A DNA stretch of 64,000 nt from an uncultured bacterium (GCA_963834265.1 CAWIAU010000001.1:391572-455571), one strand, 5' to 3'. Counted from the first letter of the stretch, positions 35,192-45,223 are shown. Notes: a model not told the origin generated them from the sequence alone. Program-made: numbers and translations.

Positions 35192-37405
35192 ATGGCAGGC
35201 ACACCAGAAATAACAGAACCTGTTAGGGTTGATCAGGAAAGCCTGACTCATAATGTCTATCCCGGACCAAGTGGTGCCGCAGACAATGACTCTCAAAAGG
35301 AATTTTCACAATATGTTGTTGACAGAATGTATGGCGCAGATGATAAGGTTGCGCAAGATTATCGACCAGGCGCTGAAGTGCCAGGTCAAACCCACTGGAG
35401 GCGCGAAGGATGGGTACTGGGTGTGACCCCGGGAAAAGCTCTTATAGCAACTGCGGTCGGACTGGTCGTACTAAATGTTGCGGTGAACGCTGGTAGTATG
35501 GCCGGAAAAATAAAGGAAATGTTTGGTGATCTTAAGCATCAGATAAGTCCTGAGAAGCGAACAGTATTAGGGGAAATGACTGTAACCCAGTCGCGCACCC
35601 ATACGTTGCGCTATCCACTTGATTTGACAGGTAGGGAACATCGCAGCGGAACGGCACAAGAGGATAGATTATCTGCAAGAAAATTAGTCCTGTCACTGAA
35701 AGCTCTCAAATCAGGAAGCAAGGTTGAAGAAATAACAATCGTAGGTAACACTTCTGATGAATGGGCAGCAAATGGTCCTAAATCTGTCGGTAGAAATGAT
35801 ACCGAAAATAACACCTTGGGACTAAGAAGAGCTGTTATATTCGGCAAAAGCGTAGATAGAGAATCACAAAAGCTAAAAGTCAGTTTACCTGATGCAAGAA
35901 CCAGTTCTGAGGAGCATATTCTGGACAATTCAGAGCTTTCCGAGGTGCTTTTATCAGTGCAGAAAAGTAAGTACGGAAGCGTACTGGAAGCTATATCTGC
36001 CTACAATGCCGGGGATAAAAGTATGTCACCGACACTAGCAACTATTATTAAAGAAACTATTGCTCAGAATCGGGTCAGTACGGCAATTGTTAAAGTGCGC
36101 GAGAACTCTATAGTTCCTGCAAAAGTTATCGTTGAGTCTCCGCATGAGGAATCTGTTGATCGTCCTGATGATAAACATCCCATCAAGAAGATACCATTTC
36201 TCATTCCTTTCTTCCCTAGGATGCGACGCGAACATAAGGATCCGTTCCGCAAACCGCCAATAATTCGCGATGAACCAATCGATAAAGTCTGGGTTGAGCT
36301 GTACGAAGAGGCGCTCAAGACGGGCGGTAAGCTTGTAGATGATGCGTGGTCGCTAAGTAGAAAGTATCAATATTTATACCGCGAAAACCGAATTACTCAG
36401 GTACTCCAATTCGATTATGTTGACGACAGCGGCAAAAAACAGAAAACGAATGTTCTTTTTACTGACCGGGATGAACTGGGAGAAGATGTGATTGATGCGA
36501 TTTCCGGACTGTTGCTCGACATAAGCATGATGCAAAATGGAAAGGTTGCAGAAAAACTCGATACCATCGTGGTTGTGCCGACCGAACAGACAGGGCCGCA
36601 GCGGCCGGATAAAATTGGCTTGGGTATCGACGATCAGATGCATCAAAACGTCTTGGGAGTTGCAATACCTGTCTTGGGATTGGTAGAGCTCCATATGCCA
36701 GATACGCCAACTAAAGGTGATATAGAACGATTTAACGGAACGCGCTGGGTTATTGCACATGAAGTTGGGGGGCACTTTACTGACGTAAATAAGCAGAGTC
36801 GGATCATCGATAAAACAAAAAGCAACCGTCCCGGACGCATCTTCACGGCTCGCAATCCATGGGTTAATGTCGGTGCGGACAGCTATAACTCAACTTCAAG
36901 GCGGGGAGTTGTTAAGATTCAACAATTTACTATTCCGAACCCTGATGGTTCGACAACTGAATTTATTGTGAATGCTGGCGACCAGGAGTTGGTTGATGCA
37001 CCAAAAGCCCGGTTGCGCGGTGAAGCACCAACAAATTATGGTGACACCTCAGCGGCAGAGATTCATGCGGAAACGGCAGCTGGTGTAATTACCGGTATAC
37101 CAATCCCTGCTTCAGAATCCGGAAATGTTCCTGAGATACTGGGCGATAAAGCCGGCTATAAGGTTGATGCTGGTTTGCAGCATCGTTTTATAAGCCGGAT
37201 CGGTGCATTAAGAGGTAAAGAAGACCTTGAATGGGATCCAAATCGTTTTGAAAAGAGACAAAAAACTGTAAAAGTTTCCGTTCTGCGCGGAGCAGTTGAA
37301 TTAAACGACGATAAGGATCAGAATAGAATTAGCGAAAATGCGAAGAATAGTCCCTATCAAGATGATGAAAAACGTCTCAAAATTCTAGCCCGGGTTCGAA
37401 GATAA
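35192..37405 (+). CDS. membrane-anchored protein with an OmpA-C-like segment and a HExxH metalloprotease-like motif
   Basis: TM ALIATAVGLVVLNVAVNAG; ITIVGNTSDEW...NNTLGLRRAVIFG resembles the OmpA/MotB peptidoglycan-binding pattern; WVIAHEVGGHFTD is a HExxH motif. Confidence 0.5.
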   Translation: MAGTPEITEPVRVDQESLTHNVYPGPSGAADNDSQKEFSQYVVDRMYGADDKVAQDYRPGAEVPGQTHWRREGWVLGVTPGKALIATAVGLVVLNVAVNAGSMAGKIKEMFGDLKHQISPEKRTVLGEMTVTQSRTHTLRYPLDLTGREHRSGTAQEDRLSARKLVLSLKALKSGSKVEEITIVGNTSDEWAANGPKSVGRNDTENNTLGLRRAVIFGKSVDRESQKLKVSLPDARTSSEEHILDNSELSEVLLSVQKSKYGSVLEAISAYNAGDKSMSPTLATIIKETIAQNRVSTAIVKVRENSIVPAKVIVESPHEESVDRPDDKHPIKKIPFLIPFFPRMRREHKDPFRKPPIIRDEPIDKVWVELYEEALKTGGKLVDDAWSLSRKYQYLYRENRITQVLQFDYVDDSGKKQKTNVLFTDRDELGEDVIDAISGLLLDISMMQNGKVAEKLDTIVVVPTEQTGPQRPDKIGLGIDDQMHQNVLGVAIPVLGLVELHMPDTPTKGDIERFNGTRWVIAHEVGGHFTDVNKQSRIIDKTKSNRPGRIFTARNPWVNVGADSYNSTSRRGVVKIQQFTIPNPDGSTTEFIVNAGDQELVDAPKARLRGEAPTNYGDTSAAEIHAETAAGVITGIPIPASESGNVPEILGDKAGYKVDAGLQHRFISRIGALRGKEDLEWDPNRFEKRQKTVKVSVLRGAVELNDDKDQNRISENAKNSPYQDDEKRLKILARVRR

Positions 37406-37419
37406 AATTTCATCAATAA

Positions 37420-37716
37420 ACCAAAATTATCTTTAGTAATTTTTCCATAGAGTTTATCAGGCCTGAAAAGTTCCTGATGGGTGAGTGTCAAAACGACAAT
37501 TAATGATCGTGGACTTAGTCCGGACTTTAATCCTTCAAGATTAATGAAAAGTTCGGGCCGACTGAAAGGAGTCGTCCATGATATTGTTATTTTGACGATG
37601 AGACCATAAAGAGCTTTTAAAGCCTGCGGCTTTTTTGGATACTTTTGTTGCTGCTGACAAAAGTAGCGATTTGCTTCTTTATCAAAAGAAGACATATTTG
37701 GATCTTTCTAAAGAAC
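37420..37716 (+). repeat. structured intergenic element, copy 5 (closest to copy 1)
   Basis: ACCAAAATTATCTTTAGTAATTTTTCCATAGA; TCAGG/CCTGA; long stem TCAAAACGACAAT/ATTGTTATTTTGA; inner stem ATCGTGGAC/GTCCATGAT (one G.U pair); 3' hairpins ATACTTTTGT/ACAAAAGTA, CTTCTTT/AAAGAAG and TCTTT/AAAGA. Confidence 0.85.
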
Positions 37717-37735
37717 AGATATACTAAATAGTCTT

Positions 37736-38773
37736 ATGGCTGACAAACTGGGAGGTAAGTGGAAGCGGATAATTACCGGAATTACTCTGTTGGCTTTGGC
37801 TGCGTTAATTTATTTTTCCAGAGATTCTATTGCGGAAACCGTAGCTAATCTGGGCAGGGTGCACGCCAGTTTCCTGTTACTGATAATTGTCTGGAAGGTC
37901 GTGGCATTTCATGGCTATACCGCGATGTATCAGGATCTGTTCCGGATACTGAACAAAAAATTACCTTATTGGCCGATGTTTCGTGTATCACTGGAGCTGA
38001 ACTTTGTAAATAATGTATTTCCCAGCGGTGGTCTTAGCGGATTCTCGTACTTTAGCCTGCGTATGCAGAAGTTCAGCGTCAGTGCCGGTAAGTCGACTCT
38101 GGTACAGATGATGCGGTTTGTCACTACTTTTGTTTCGTTCCAGATACTGATATTTTTCGGGCTGATGGCTCTGGCAATCTTTGATAGCGTATCCAACCTG
38201 ATGATTCTGGCGGCCAGCTTTTTGGGCACTATGCTGCTTGTGGGTACTTTGTTGCTGGTTTATATAATCGGCAGTCGCAGGCGGATTGACAGCTTCTTTA
38301 CATTTATTACGAAAATTCTGAACCGGATTATCCAGCTGGTGCGGCCTGGCCATCCCGAGACTATAAATATAGCCAGTGCACGCAGCATGTTCTTCGAACT
38401 TCATCAGAATTATCTGACGCTCAAAAAGGAGTACAAGCGCCTCAAACGACCCATGCTCTGGGCTACAATAGCAAATTTCGGCGAAGTAGCTGCTCTGTAC
38501 AGTGTGTTTCTGGCATTCGATCAGCCGGTGAATCCCGGAGCAATTATAATTGCTTATGCAGTGGCTAATTTTGCTGGTCTTATATCGGTGCTGCCGGGTG
38601 GAATCGGTATATATGAGGGTCTGATGATCGGCGTACTGGTTGCGGCTGGTGTTTCTCCGGCTATCAGTATTCCGGCAATCATTATGTACAGGATGCTAAC
38701 TATGTTGCTACAACTCCCGGTCGGTTATTACTTCTATCACAAAGCAATCTATAGCATCAAAAAGGTAGAATAG
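37736..38773 (+). CDS. polytopic membrane protein, UPF0104 / lysylphosphatidylglycerol-synthase-TM (flippase-like) family
   Basis: 345 aa with ~8 TM segments. Size and topology fit the family; assignment is from general pattern only. Confidence 0.45.
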   Translation: MADKLGGKWKRIITGITLLALAALIYFSRDSIAETVANLGRVHASFLLLIIVWKVVAFHGYTAMYQDLFRILNKKLPYWPMFRVSLELNFVNNVFPSGGLSGFSYFSLRMQKFSVSAGKSTLVQMMRFVTTFVSFQILIFFGLMALAIFDSVSNLMILAASFLGTMLLVGTLLLVYIIGSRRRIDSFFTFITKILNRIIQLVRPGHPETINIASARSMFFELHQNYLTLKKEYKRLKRPMLWATIANFGEVAALYSVFLAFDQPVNPGAIIIAYAVANFAGLISVLPGGIGIYEGLMIGVLVAAGVSPAISIPAIIMYRMLTMLLQLPVGYYFYHKAIYSIKKVE

Positions 38774-38779
38774 ACTCAT

Positions 38780-39901
38780 ATGAGTGCTGTTATTGGCTCT
38801 GATCCGTCATTTACTCCTGCTGAATTCGTAGCAGTGTTCAACCAGTCACTGGAGATGATGTATGGAATGGTAGTAATCGTCGGCGAACTCGGAAACTACC
38901 GGGTAAGCAGGGGTATGTGGGTATATTTTGATTTAAAAGATGAAGTAGCTAACATCAGGTTTTTTGGTACGACGCGCCAGCTTCCCGGGCCACTGGAAGA
39001 TGGTATGCAGCTGGAGGTAACGGGGCGGCCATATTTGCATCCGAAGTTCGGGTTTTCTATACAGGTCATGAGTATACGACCGGTAGGCGAGGGAACCATC
39101 AGAAAAGCACAGGACCTGCTGACGACCAAACTACAGACCGAGGGACTTTTCGACGAGGCACGCAAACGGACGTTACCATATCCGCCGGAACGGATTGCCC
39201 TGGTTACATCCCGGGAAGCCGCGGCGTACAGCGATTTTATCAAAGTCATCGGCAAGCGCTGGCCACGTCTCATTGTTGAGCTATTCGATGTGCAGGTCCA
39301 GGGACGTGATGCTCCGCAAAGCCTTACGAAAGCTATAGAAGAGGCAAATCAGTCCTCAGAACTATATGATGCGCTTGTTATGATTCGCGGGGGCGGTAGT
39401 ACAGATGACCTGGCGGCTTTTAGTACTGAGCAGGTGGTGCGGGCGGTAGCTGCCAGTCGTATCCCGACAGTTGTTGCGATTGGTCATGAGCGTGATATTA
39501 GCCTGGCCGAACTTGCAGCCGATATGCGAGCCAGTACTCCCGGTAATGCTGCTGAATTATTAGTACCGGAACAGACAGCCGAAAAGCACAGGCTGAAAAT
39601 TATTGAAAAGCAGATCACTCAAATTATTTTGAGCAAGTATAAAGATTTGAAAAATGAAATATCTGAATATGAGGTTACTCTGACGAATGCTATCAGCATG
39701 CGTATTAATGAAGAGGTTAAATTAGTTGTGGCAAAATCTGATATACTCCGCCTGCTGAATCCTGAAATGCCGCTCAGGCGTGGCTTCGCGCTGGTACGAA
39801 CACCGCAGGGGCAACTTATTCGCTCGGTCAGACAAGTGGCACCAAAGGTAAGGTTAGAACTTCAGGTTTCTGACGGCAAAATCATAACCAGGGTAGAATA
39901 A
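38780..39901 (+). CDS. xseA: exodeoxyribonuclease VII large subunit
   Basis: N-terminal OB fold (VVIVGELGNYRVSRGMWVYFDLKDE) and a catalytic core (IALVTSREAAAYSDF...VMIRGGGSTDDLAAF...VAIGHERD). Followed by xseB. Confidence 0.85.
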   Translation: MSAVIGSDPSFTPAEFVAVFNQSLEMMYGMVVIVGELGNYRVSRGMWVYFDLKDEVANIRFFGTTRQLPGPLEDGMQLEVTGRPYLHPKFGFSIQVMSIRPVGEGTIRKAQDLLTTKLQTEGLFDEARKRTLPYPPERIALVTSREAAAYSDFIKVIGKRWPRLIVELFDVQVQGRDAPQSLTKAIEEANQSSELYDALVMIRGGGSTDDLAAFSTEQVVRAVAASRIPTVVAIGHERDISLAELAADMRASTPGNAAELLVPEQTAEKHRLKIIEKQITQIILSKYKDLKNEISEYEVTLTNAISMRINEEVKLVVAKSDILRLLNPEMPLRRGFALVRTPQGQLIRSVRQVAPKVRLELQVSDGKIITRVE

Positions 39902-39909
39902 TAAGAACC

Positions 39910-40092
39910 ATGCCGGATAAAAAATCTTATCGACAATTACGGGAAAAGCTCGATACAATTCTGCAGCAGCTGGAGAGCGACAATACTGAAATAGATAAAG
40001 CACTGATTCTGCATAAAAAAGGTGAGGAAATACTGAAGCAGATGGAAGAATACCTGCAAGAGGTGAACCAAAAAATAAAATCTAAAAAATGA
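39910..40092 (+). CDS. xseB: exodeoxyribonuclease VII small subunit
   Basis: 60-aa helical protein (YRQLREKLDTILQQLESDNTEIDKALILHKKGEEILKQ) directly after xseA. Confidence 0.75.
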   Translation: MPDKKSYRQLREKLDTILQQLESDNTEIDKALILHKKGEEILKQMEEYLQEVNQKIKSKK

Positions 40093-40571
40093 TATTTATC
40101 ATAATTTGTACAGTAGTTGCCTTGTTTGGCTTCGTATTATTATTTGGTGCTCCGTATTTGCCAACCCAAAAACGGGAGGTGCAAACCGCTCTCGATATGC
40201 TTGATTTGAAGCCGGGAGAAACATTGTTGGAGCCGGGTTCCGGTGACGGAAGGGTTATGCGTGAAGCTGCCAGACGTGGCATAAAAGTTGTCGGGTATGA
40301 ATTAAATCCATTGCTGGTTATCGTATCTGTGATTGTTACATGGCGTTACCGCCACAATGTCACTGTAATATGGGGAAATTACTGGCTAAAAAACTGGCCT
40401 CCAACCGACGGTATATTTGTATTTTTACTTGATAAATATATGTCCAAGCTTGATGAAAAGATTGTTAGATCAGAGCATAAGCCTATAAAACTTGTCAGCT
40501 ACGCATTCAGAATTCCCGGCAAAAAACCCCTCAGGAGCAAACGCGGCCTGTTTCTTTACCATTATAAATAG
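40089..40571 (+). CDS. small class I SAM-dependent methyltransferase with an N-terminal TM
   Basis: LLEPGSGDGRVMREAARRGIKVVGYELNP (motif I and the post-I acidic residue). ATGA overlap with xseB. Confidence 0.6.
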   Translation: MIFIIICTVVALFGFVLLFGAPYLPTQKREVQTALDMLDLKPGETLLEPGSGDGRVMREAARRGIKVVGYELNPLLVIVSVIVTWRYRHNVTVIWGNYWLKNWPPTDGIFVFLLDKYMSKLDEKIVRSEHKPIKLVSYAFRIPGKKPLRSKRGLFLYHYK

Positions 40572-40619
40572 ATTGCTCATGCTTGCGGTTATTGTATATC
40601 ACGCTATAATATTATTGAT

Positions 40620-42716
40620 ATGGCAAATGGCGAAGTTATCGGGGATATTAATCCCAGGGAAGTAATACAGGAAGACCCCAGGGCATGCTTAAGTGCTTGT
40701 CTGCTTTCACAGGTTGATTCAGCTGTTGGTCTCTCCGAAGGAGAAGTGAGCCAGATACTTATCGCTGACGGTTTGTATGAACCAGGAGTCGGCACCAGGC
40801 TTTATCCTGCCTGTGAACTTGACGCTACTTTGTTTAAACTTGGACTGCATGCCAGTCCGGTCTATGATGCCCGCGGGCTGAGTGAGGATGAAGAGCCAAA
40901 AGTACTTGAACGCCTGGACAAAGTTGACAGGACGCTGCGTCAAGGTAAAAGCGTGCTTTTGGCCTTTCCAAAAAGACGCGAAAACCAAACACCATTCCTG
41001 CACTACGCGGTCGTGAGTGGTTTTATTGACGATAAAGATGGTAATGGGGTGGTGGTTATGGATCCAAGCGGGATAGACGGCGGAGTCAAACATCCCACGT
41101 GGCAGGAACTTATGGAATACGCTACTCCTAGCGAAGGGGTACCGGTCATGGCATGGGGAATCAACAATGCCCGGGAAAAACAGTTTGAGTTCGATAGGCA
41201 GGAAACAGATCCCCCCATTCTGTCAGGCTGGAACCTGCTTACCAATCCACTACATGATGAAAAAGATACCGGCAAACCCATTCCGTCCGGAAGACACTCT
41301 ACCTCGGTAGTCATACCGACTACCAATATAACCAGACAGTTCGCGGCTTATGGCGATATCGTACTATCGCGCGATGGGAATTATCCGGCCGGCTATCCGC
41401 GGTTCGTCGTTCCGCCTGCCGTCACAAAACTATCCCTTCAGGTACGTGGCCGGCCGGATAGTCTGCCATTTCCATCTCAGAAAGCTGCCTATGCGGCCGG
41501 TCGTATGGAAAGAACCTATGGAGAGCATGCGGTAATTAGCGAGGAAAACGGATTATTCTGGCTTTCGGGAACAAACTTTAACGTCAAAGCCTGGCAGCAT
41601 ACGGGACTTGGCATATCCTCTCGTCAGGCGCAGGCTACACTCGAGGGACGGCCTGCAAACGATGAGCTACGCAGAGAAGTAGCCGAGGCAAGGATAAAAA
41701 AAGTGATTGAAGCTCACACGAGGACTCATCCTGAAGATATATATCTGTTTCCTACCGGCATGGCGGCTATACACTGCATAAACCAGGCACTGATTAGAAT
41801 GTCAGGCGGCGAAAGCGGGGTGCAGTTTGGTTTTCCATACACCGATAGCTATGATCAGCGCTATTTGGGGCCCAAAAGAGATGTTCGTACTAATATATTA
41901 GATTTCAGAGACGGAGATTATCAGCGCTTGCGTCGCCATATTAACAGCGGACAACCTATACGAGGCCTGATGAGTGAGTATCCTTCAAATCCTTTGCTCC
42001 GGACAACTGATTTTGAGCAACTGGACGATATTATGGGACACGCCGGACCGATAATTATAGATGATACGGTAGGCACTATGTACAATCTGGATGACACCAA
42101 ACTGCCCGATAGTGTAGTGGCGCGGGTTACAAGTCTGACTAAGTATTTCTCGAGTGTTGGTGATGTCATGGGCGGTTCTATCGTCTTACGCCCAAAAAGC
42201 CCGTATTATGAACATCTCAAAAAAACTCTCACTGAACTGTATGAGGATACGCTATGGTATGAAGATGCCGAAAAACTAGCTGATAACAGCAGTTTATTTT
42301 CAGCAATAATGCGAGTAATTAACCTAAACTCAGAGCAGTTGGCAGTAAATCTACACGAAGAATTTACAGGTCCGGATAAGCCGTTGCGCGCTGTGTATCA
42401 CCCAAGTCTGAGTGGCAAATCTACTTATGACAAAGTAAAAAAAGACTACGGGGGATACGGCGGACTTATGAGTCTGCGGTTCAATAAGCCGGAGCGGGCA
42501 TATCCGTTCTTTGATGCTTTGAAAGTTACTAAAGGTCCGAGTTTTGGCACTTTCTATATGTTGGGATGCCTGTATACACGGCTGGCACACAAACCGGTTG
42601 ATTCGGTACGGCAGTTCGGTGTAGTGCCTGATCTGGTCAGATTATCTGTTGGAATTGAAGATGGAGAAGATCTGCGGGGTAGGATAGAAGAAGCTATGAT
42701 TGCAAGCGCACGGTAG
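40620..42716 (+). CDS. fusion protein: N-terminal papain-like (C39/BtrH-like) domain + Cys/Met-metabolism PLP enzyme (cystathionine gamma-synthase-like)
   Basis: C-terminal ~380 aa: YLFPTGMAAIHCINQAL, IIDDTVGT, and SLTKYFSSVGDVMGGSIV (PLP-binding Lys). N-terminal ~190 aa: candidate Cys (DPRACLSACL), His (FLHYAVVSGF) and Asp (VVVMDPSG). Confidence 0.65.
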   Translation: MANGEVIGDINPREVIQEDPRACLSACLLSQVDSAVGLSEGEVSQILIADGLYEPGVGTRLYPACELDATLFKLGLHASPVYDARGLSEDEEPKVLERLDKVDRTLRQGKSVLLAFPKRRENQTPFLHYAVVSGFIDDKDGNGVVVMDPSGIDGGVKHPTWQELMEYATPSEGVPVMAWGINNAREKQFEFDRQETDPPILSGWNLLTNPLHDEKDTGKPIPSGRHSTSVVIPTTNITRQFAAYGDIVLSRDGNYPAGYPRFVVPPAVTKLSLQVRGRPDSLPFPSQKAAYAAGRMERTYGEHAVISEENGLFWLSGTNFNVKAWQHTGLGISSRQAQATLEGRPANDELRREVAEARIKKVIEAHTRTHPEDIYLFPTGMAAIHCINQALIRMSGGESGVQFGFPYTDSYDQRYLGPKRDVRTNILDFRDGDYQRLRRHINSGQPIRGLMSEYPSNPLLRTTDFEQLDDIMGHAGPIIIDDTVGTMYNLDDTKLPDSVVARVTSLTKYFSSVGDVMGGSIVLRPKSPYYEHLKKTLTELYEDTLWYEDAEKLADNSSLFSAIMRVINLNSEQLAVNLHEEFTGPDKPLRAVYHPSLSGKSTYDKVKKDYGGYGGLMSLRFNKPERAYPFFDALKVTKGPSFGTFYMLGCLYTRLAHKPVDSVRQFGVVPDLVRLSVGIEDGEDLRGRIEEAMIASAR

Positions 42717-43700
42717 TCAGGCTGCCCCGGATGAATATCCGCGATAAACTATTCCTATCCAGTTGGCATGGATTACAGAATTATCAGAAGCCCATGTGAG
42801 TCGGGCATTAGCCTCATCCGCTACATCGTCTTTATAGTAGCCTACAGGTAATGGCATCTCTAATTCTGCGCTTTCGGGGCGATCGTATTCGCGGTGGAGA
42901 GCTCGCCTGCCGTACTCGGGATGTCCTTGTGTCAGAACATCGCTACCGCCACTATTATTGGGAGCCTCAGCGTACAACCAGCCAATTTTTTCATTGGCTG
43001 ATACCAGACGGAGTGCTGTTACTCCAACTACTTTTTCTGTTGGGATATTTCCCCAGCGTGAGTGTGGCGCACGAATCCGGTCATTCACGCCGCGCACAAG
43101 CGGATTATCGGGATCAAGGACGTCGTGGTCGTACACGCCAAAGATTTTTTTCATTCCAACTTCTCTCTGAAGCCCATAGCGATGGTGTAGCAAAAGCTGG
43201 CCGGCCAGACAGGAATACCAGCTGGAATGTACTTCGTCATCTGCCCAGTCCATGACTTCTTGCAGCTGTTTGTAATATCTGATTTCGTCGGGTGGTAATA
43301 CCTCAAAATCCCGGTCAGTATAACTGGAAAAACCGGTATGTCTGCGAATCTCCAGATTATCGCCGGTAACTATAAGTCCGTCCAGACCTGCCGGAGCAAT
43401 CTCAGAAAAAGGTTTGTAACGTTTGAGTATCTCGGCTCTGCCGGAACCCGGATCTTCGCGCCGGTCATCGTCAAACTTTATGAGTACAGGATCTATTTGT
43501 AAGAGTGCCTGGTTGCCGATACAGCGTAGCCACTGGATTTCGGTACGCTCCATTGCTTCGGCGGGCATCAAATTCAGCAGGCCAATTCGGGCAGGTCGGA
43601 TTTCCTGAGCAGCGGCGGTCGCTTCGTCCATAACGTCAATGCCGGCAGATTCCAGTCTCGCGCGCAGGCAGGGATCATGTTCGGGGGCAACAATAGGCAT
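42717..43700 (-). CDS. metA: homoserine O-acyltransferase, MetA family
   Basis: QEIRPARIGLLNLMPAEAMERTEIQW...IVTGDNLE...SCLAGQ... is collinear with MetA (QEIRPLKVLILNLMP in E. coli). Confidence 0.8.
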   Translation of the reverse strand: MPIVAPEHDPCLRARLESAGIDVMDEATAAAQEIRPARIGLLNLMPAEAMERTEIQWLRCIGNQALLQIDPVLIKFDDDRREDPGSGRAEILKRYKPFSEIAPAGLDGLIVTGDNLEIRRHTGFSSYTDRDFEVLPPDEIRYYKQLQEVMDWADDEVHSSWYSCLAGQLLLHHRYGLQREVGMKKIFGVYDHDVLDPDNPLVRGVNDRIRAPHSRWGNIPTEKVVGVTALRLVSANEKIGWLYAEAPNNSGGSDVLTQGHPEYGRRALHREYDRPESAELEMPLPVGYYKDDVADEANARLTWASDNSVIHANWIGIVYRGYSSGAA

Positions 43701-43762
43701 AGAATAACGATTATAACATAAAGTTTGCTATTTATTACAATAAGTGCTAACATTTGCTAATT

Positions 43763-45223
43763 ATGTCCGAGTTAGTAAGTACAAGGGATCTTTTGGCACA
43801 AAGACACTCTTATAGTGACGGCCTGATGCAGGGTTTAGCCGGTGATGGCGGGTTATTTATGGTGCCGGACGGGATGTATCCGCAGCCTGGTCTTAATAAG
43901 CTTTCTTATTACGACTACCCGGAGCTGGCAGCAGAAATCGTTGGGTGTTATGCCAGGAATTCTATCCCGGACGCAACCCTCCGGGGATTCAGCGCTGCAG
44001 CATACGCAGAAAATAATTTCCAATCAGATATGGGGGAACTGCCGCCAGTAATCGAAATTCTGCCTGATATATATATTGCAGATCTTTCTACAGGACCGAC
44101 CGAAGCCTTTAAGGACTATCCATTGCAACTCGTAGGACGCCAGATGGACTATATTCTGAGCCTGGAGGGCGGGGCAGACTTTTTAATGGCAATTGGCGCA
44201 ACAACGGGAGATACTGGTCCTTCCGCCGAAGCTGCGCTTTCTGGCCTCTCGCGGTTAGGCTTGGTTATGCTCAGTCCGGATGAAGGGATGGCACCTTATC
44301 AAAAAGGCCAGATGGGGATGCTGTCAGAAACGGATGAAAACAGAAACAACATTACCAATGTCACCGTGCGAGGCAGCTTTGACGACTGTCAAAAATTAGT
44401 CAAGCAAATAATGGGCGAAGAAGAATTCGAAGATTTAGGCGCGGTGAATTCTATTAATTGGGGCCGTATTGTAGCTCAGGTTCCTTATTACTTCTCTGCA
44501 TATTTTCAAGCGGTAGGCGAAAATATTGGCGAACCGGTAGATTTTGTCGTTCCGTCGGGCAATTTCGGCAACATGATGGCTGGACATATCGCCCGCAAGA
44601 TGGGCCTGCCTATCCGTAATTTAGTCGCTGCCACTAATGAAAATGATACTTTGGATAATTTCATCCAAAGGGGCGAGTATTTTTATAGAGACAGGCAGAT
44701 TACTTCCAGTCCGTCTATGGATATAACAGCACCTTCTAATATAGAAAGGCTGGTATATGAGCTGCTAGGCTGCGATCCAGCAAAAACAACAGTGTATGCC
44801 AAAAGATTTAAGGATGGCCACGTAGACCTGAAGGCGTTTGGTTTATCCCGTCAGATTTTCCGGCGTGCTGGTATAGACAGCGGCGTATCAACGAATAAAG
44901 ATCGCATCCACACGATACAGGATGTTTATGTGGCTTCAGGCATTATTATCGATCCTCACACTGCCGATGCCGTAACTGTAGCCCGAAGGAAAAATGACCC
45001 ACGCGAGAACATAAAGACAATCTGCCTGGCCACTGCGTCACCGGTTAAATTTGAAGATACCATTCGAAAAGCCCTGGGTTCGTGCCATTTGCCGGAGAGG
45101 AAGTCAGGGCGAGAAAATATTGAAGAATACGCTGATACCGGGTTTACTGCCATAGAGCCTGACATTGCGGCTTTGCGCGGGATTGTAAGGTATGCAAGAA
45201 GTCGGCTGATCGCCCGCCTATAA
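43763..45223 (+). CDS. thrC: threonine synthase (long form)
   Basis: STGPTEAFKDYPLQLVG (PLP Lys in FKD), ATTGDTG and VPSGNFGNMMAG. ATG 43763 is preferred over the TTG 43754 used in the track. Confidence 0.8.
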   Translation: MSELVSTRDLLAQRHSYSDGLMQGLAGDGGLFMVPDGMYPQPGLNKLSYYDYPELAAEIVGCYARNSIPDATLRGFSAAAYAENNFQSDMGELPPVIEILPDIYIADLSTGPTEAFKDYPLQLVGRQMDYILSLEGGADFLMAIGATTGDTGPSAEAALSGLSRLGLVMLSPDEGMAPYQKGQMGMLSETDENRNNITNVTVRGSFDDCQKLVKQIMGEEEFEDLGAVNSINWGRIVAQVPYYFSAYFQAVGENIGEPVDFVVPSGNFGNMMAGHIARKMGLPIRNLVAATNENDTLDNFIQRGEYFYRDRQITSSPSMDITAPSNIERLVYELLGCDPAKTTVYAKRFKDGHVDLKAFGLSRQIFRRAGIDSGVSTNKDRIHTIQDVYVASGIIIDPHTADAVTVARRKNDPRENIKTICLATASPVKFEDTIRKALGSCHLPERKSGRENIEEYADTGFTAIEPDIAALRGIVRYARSRLIARL

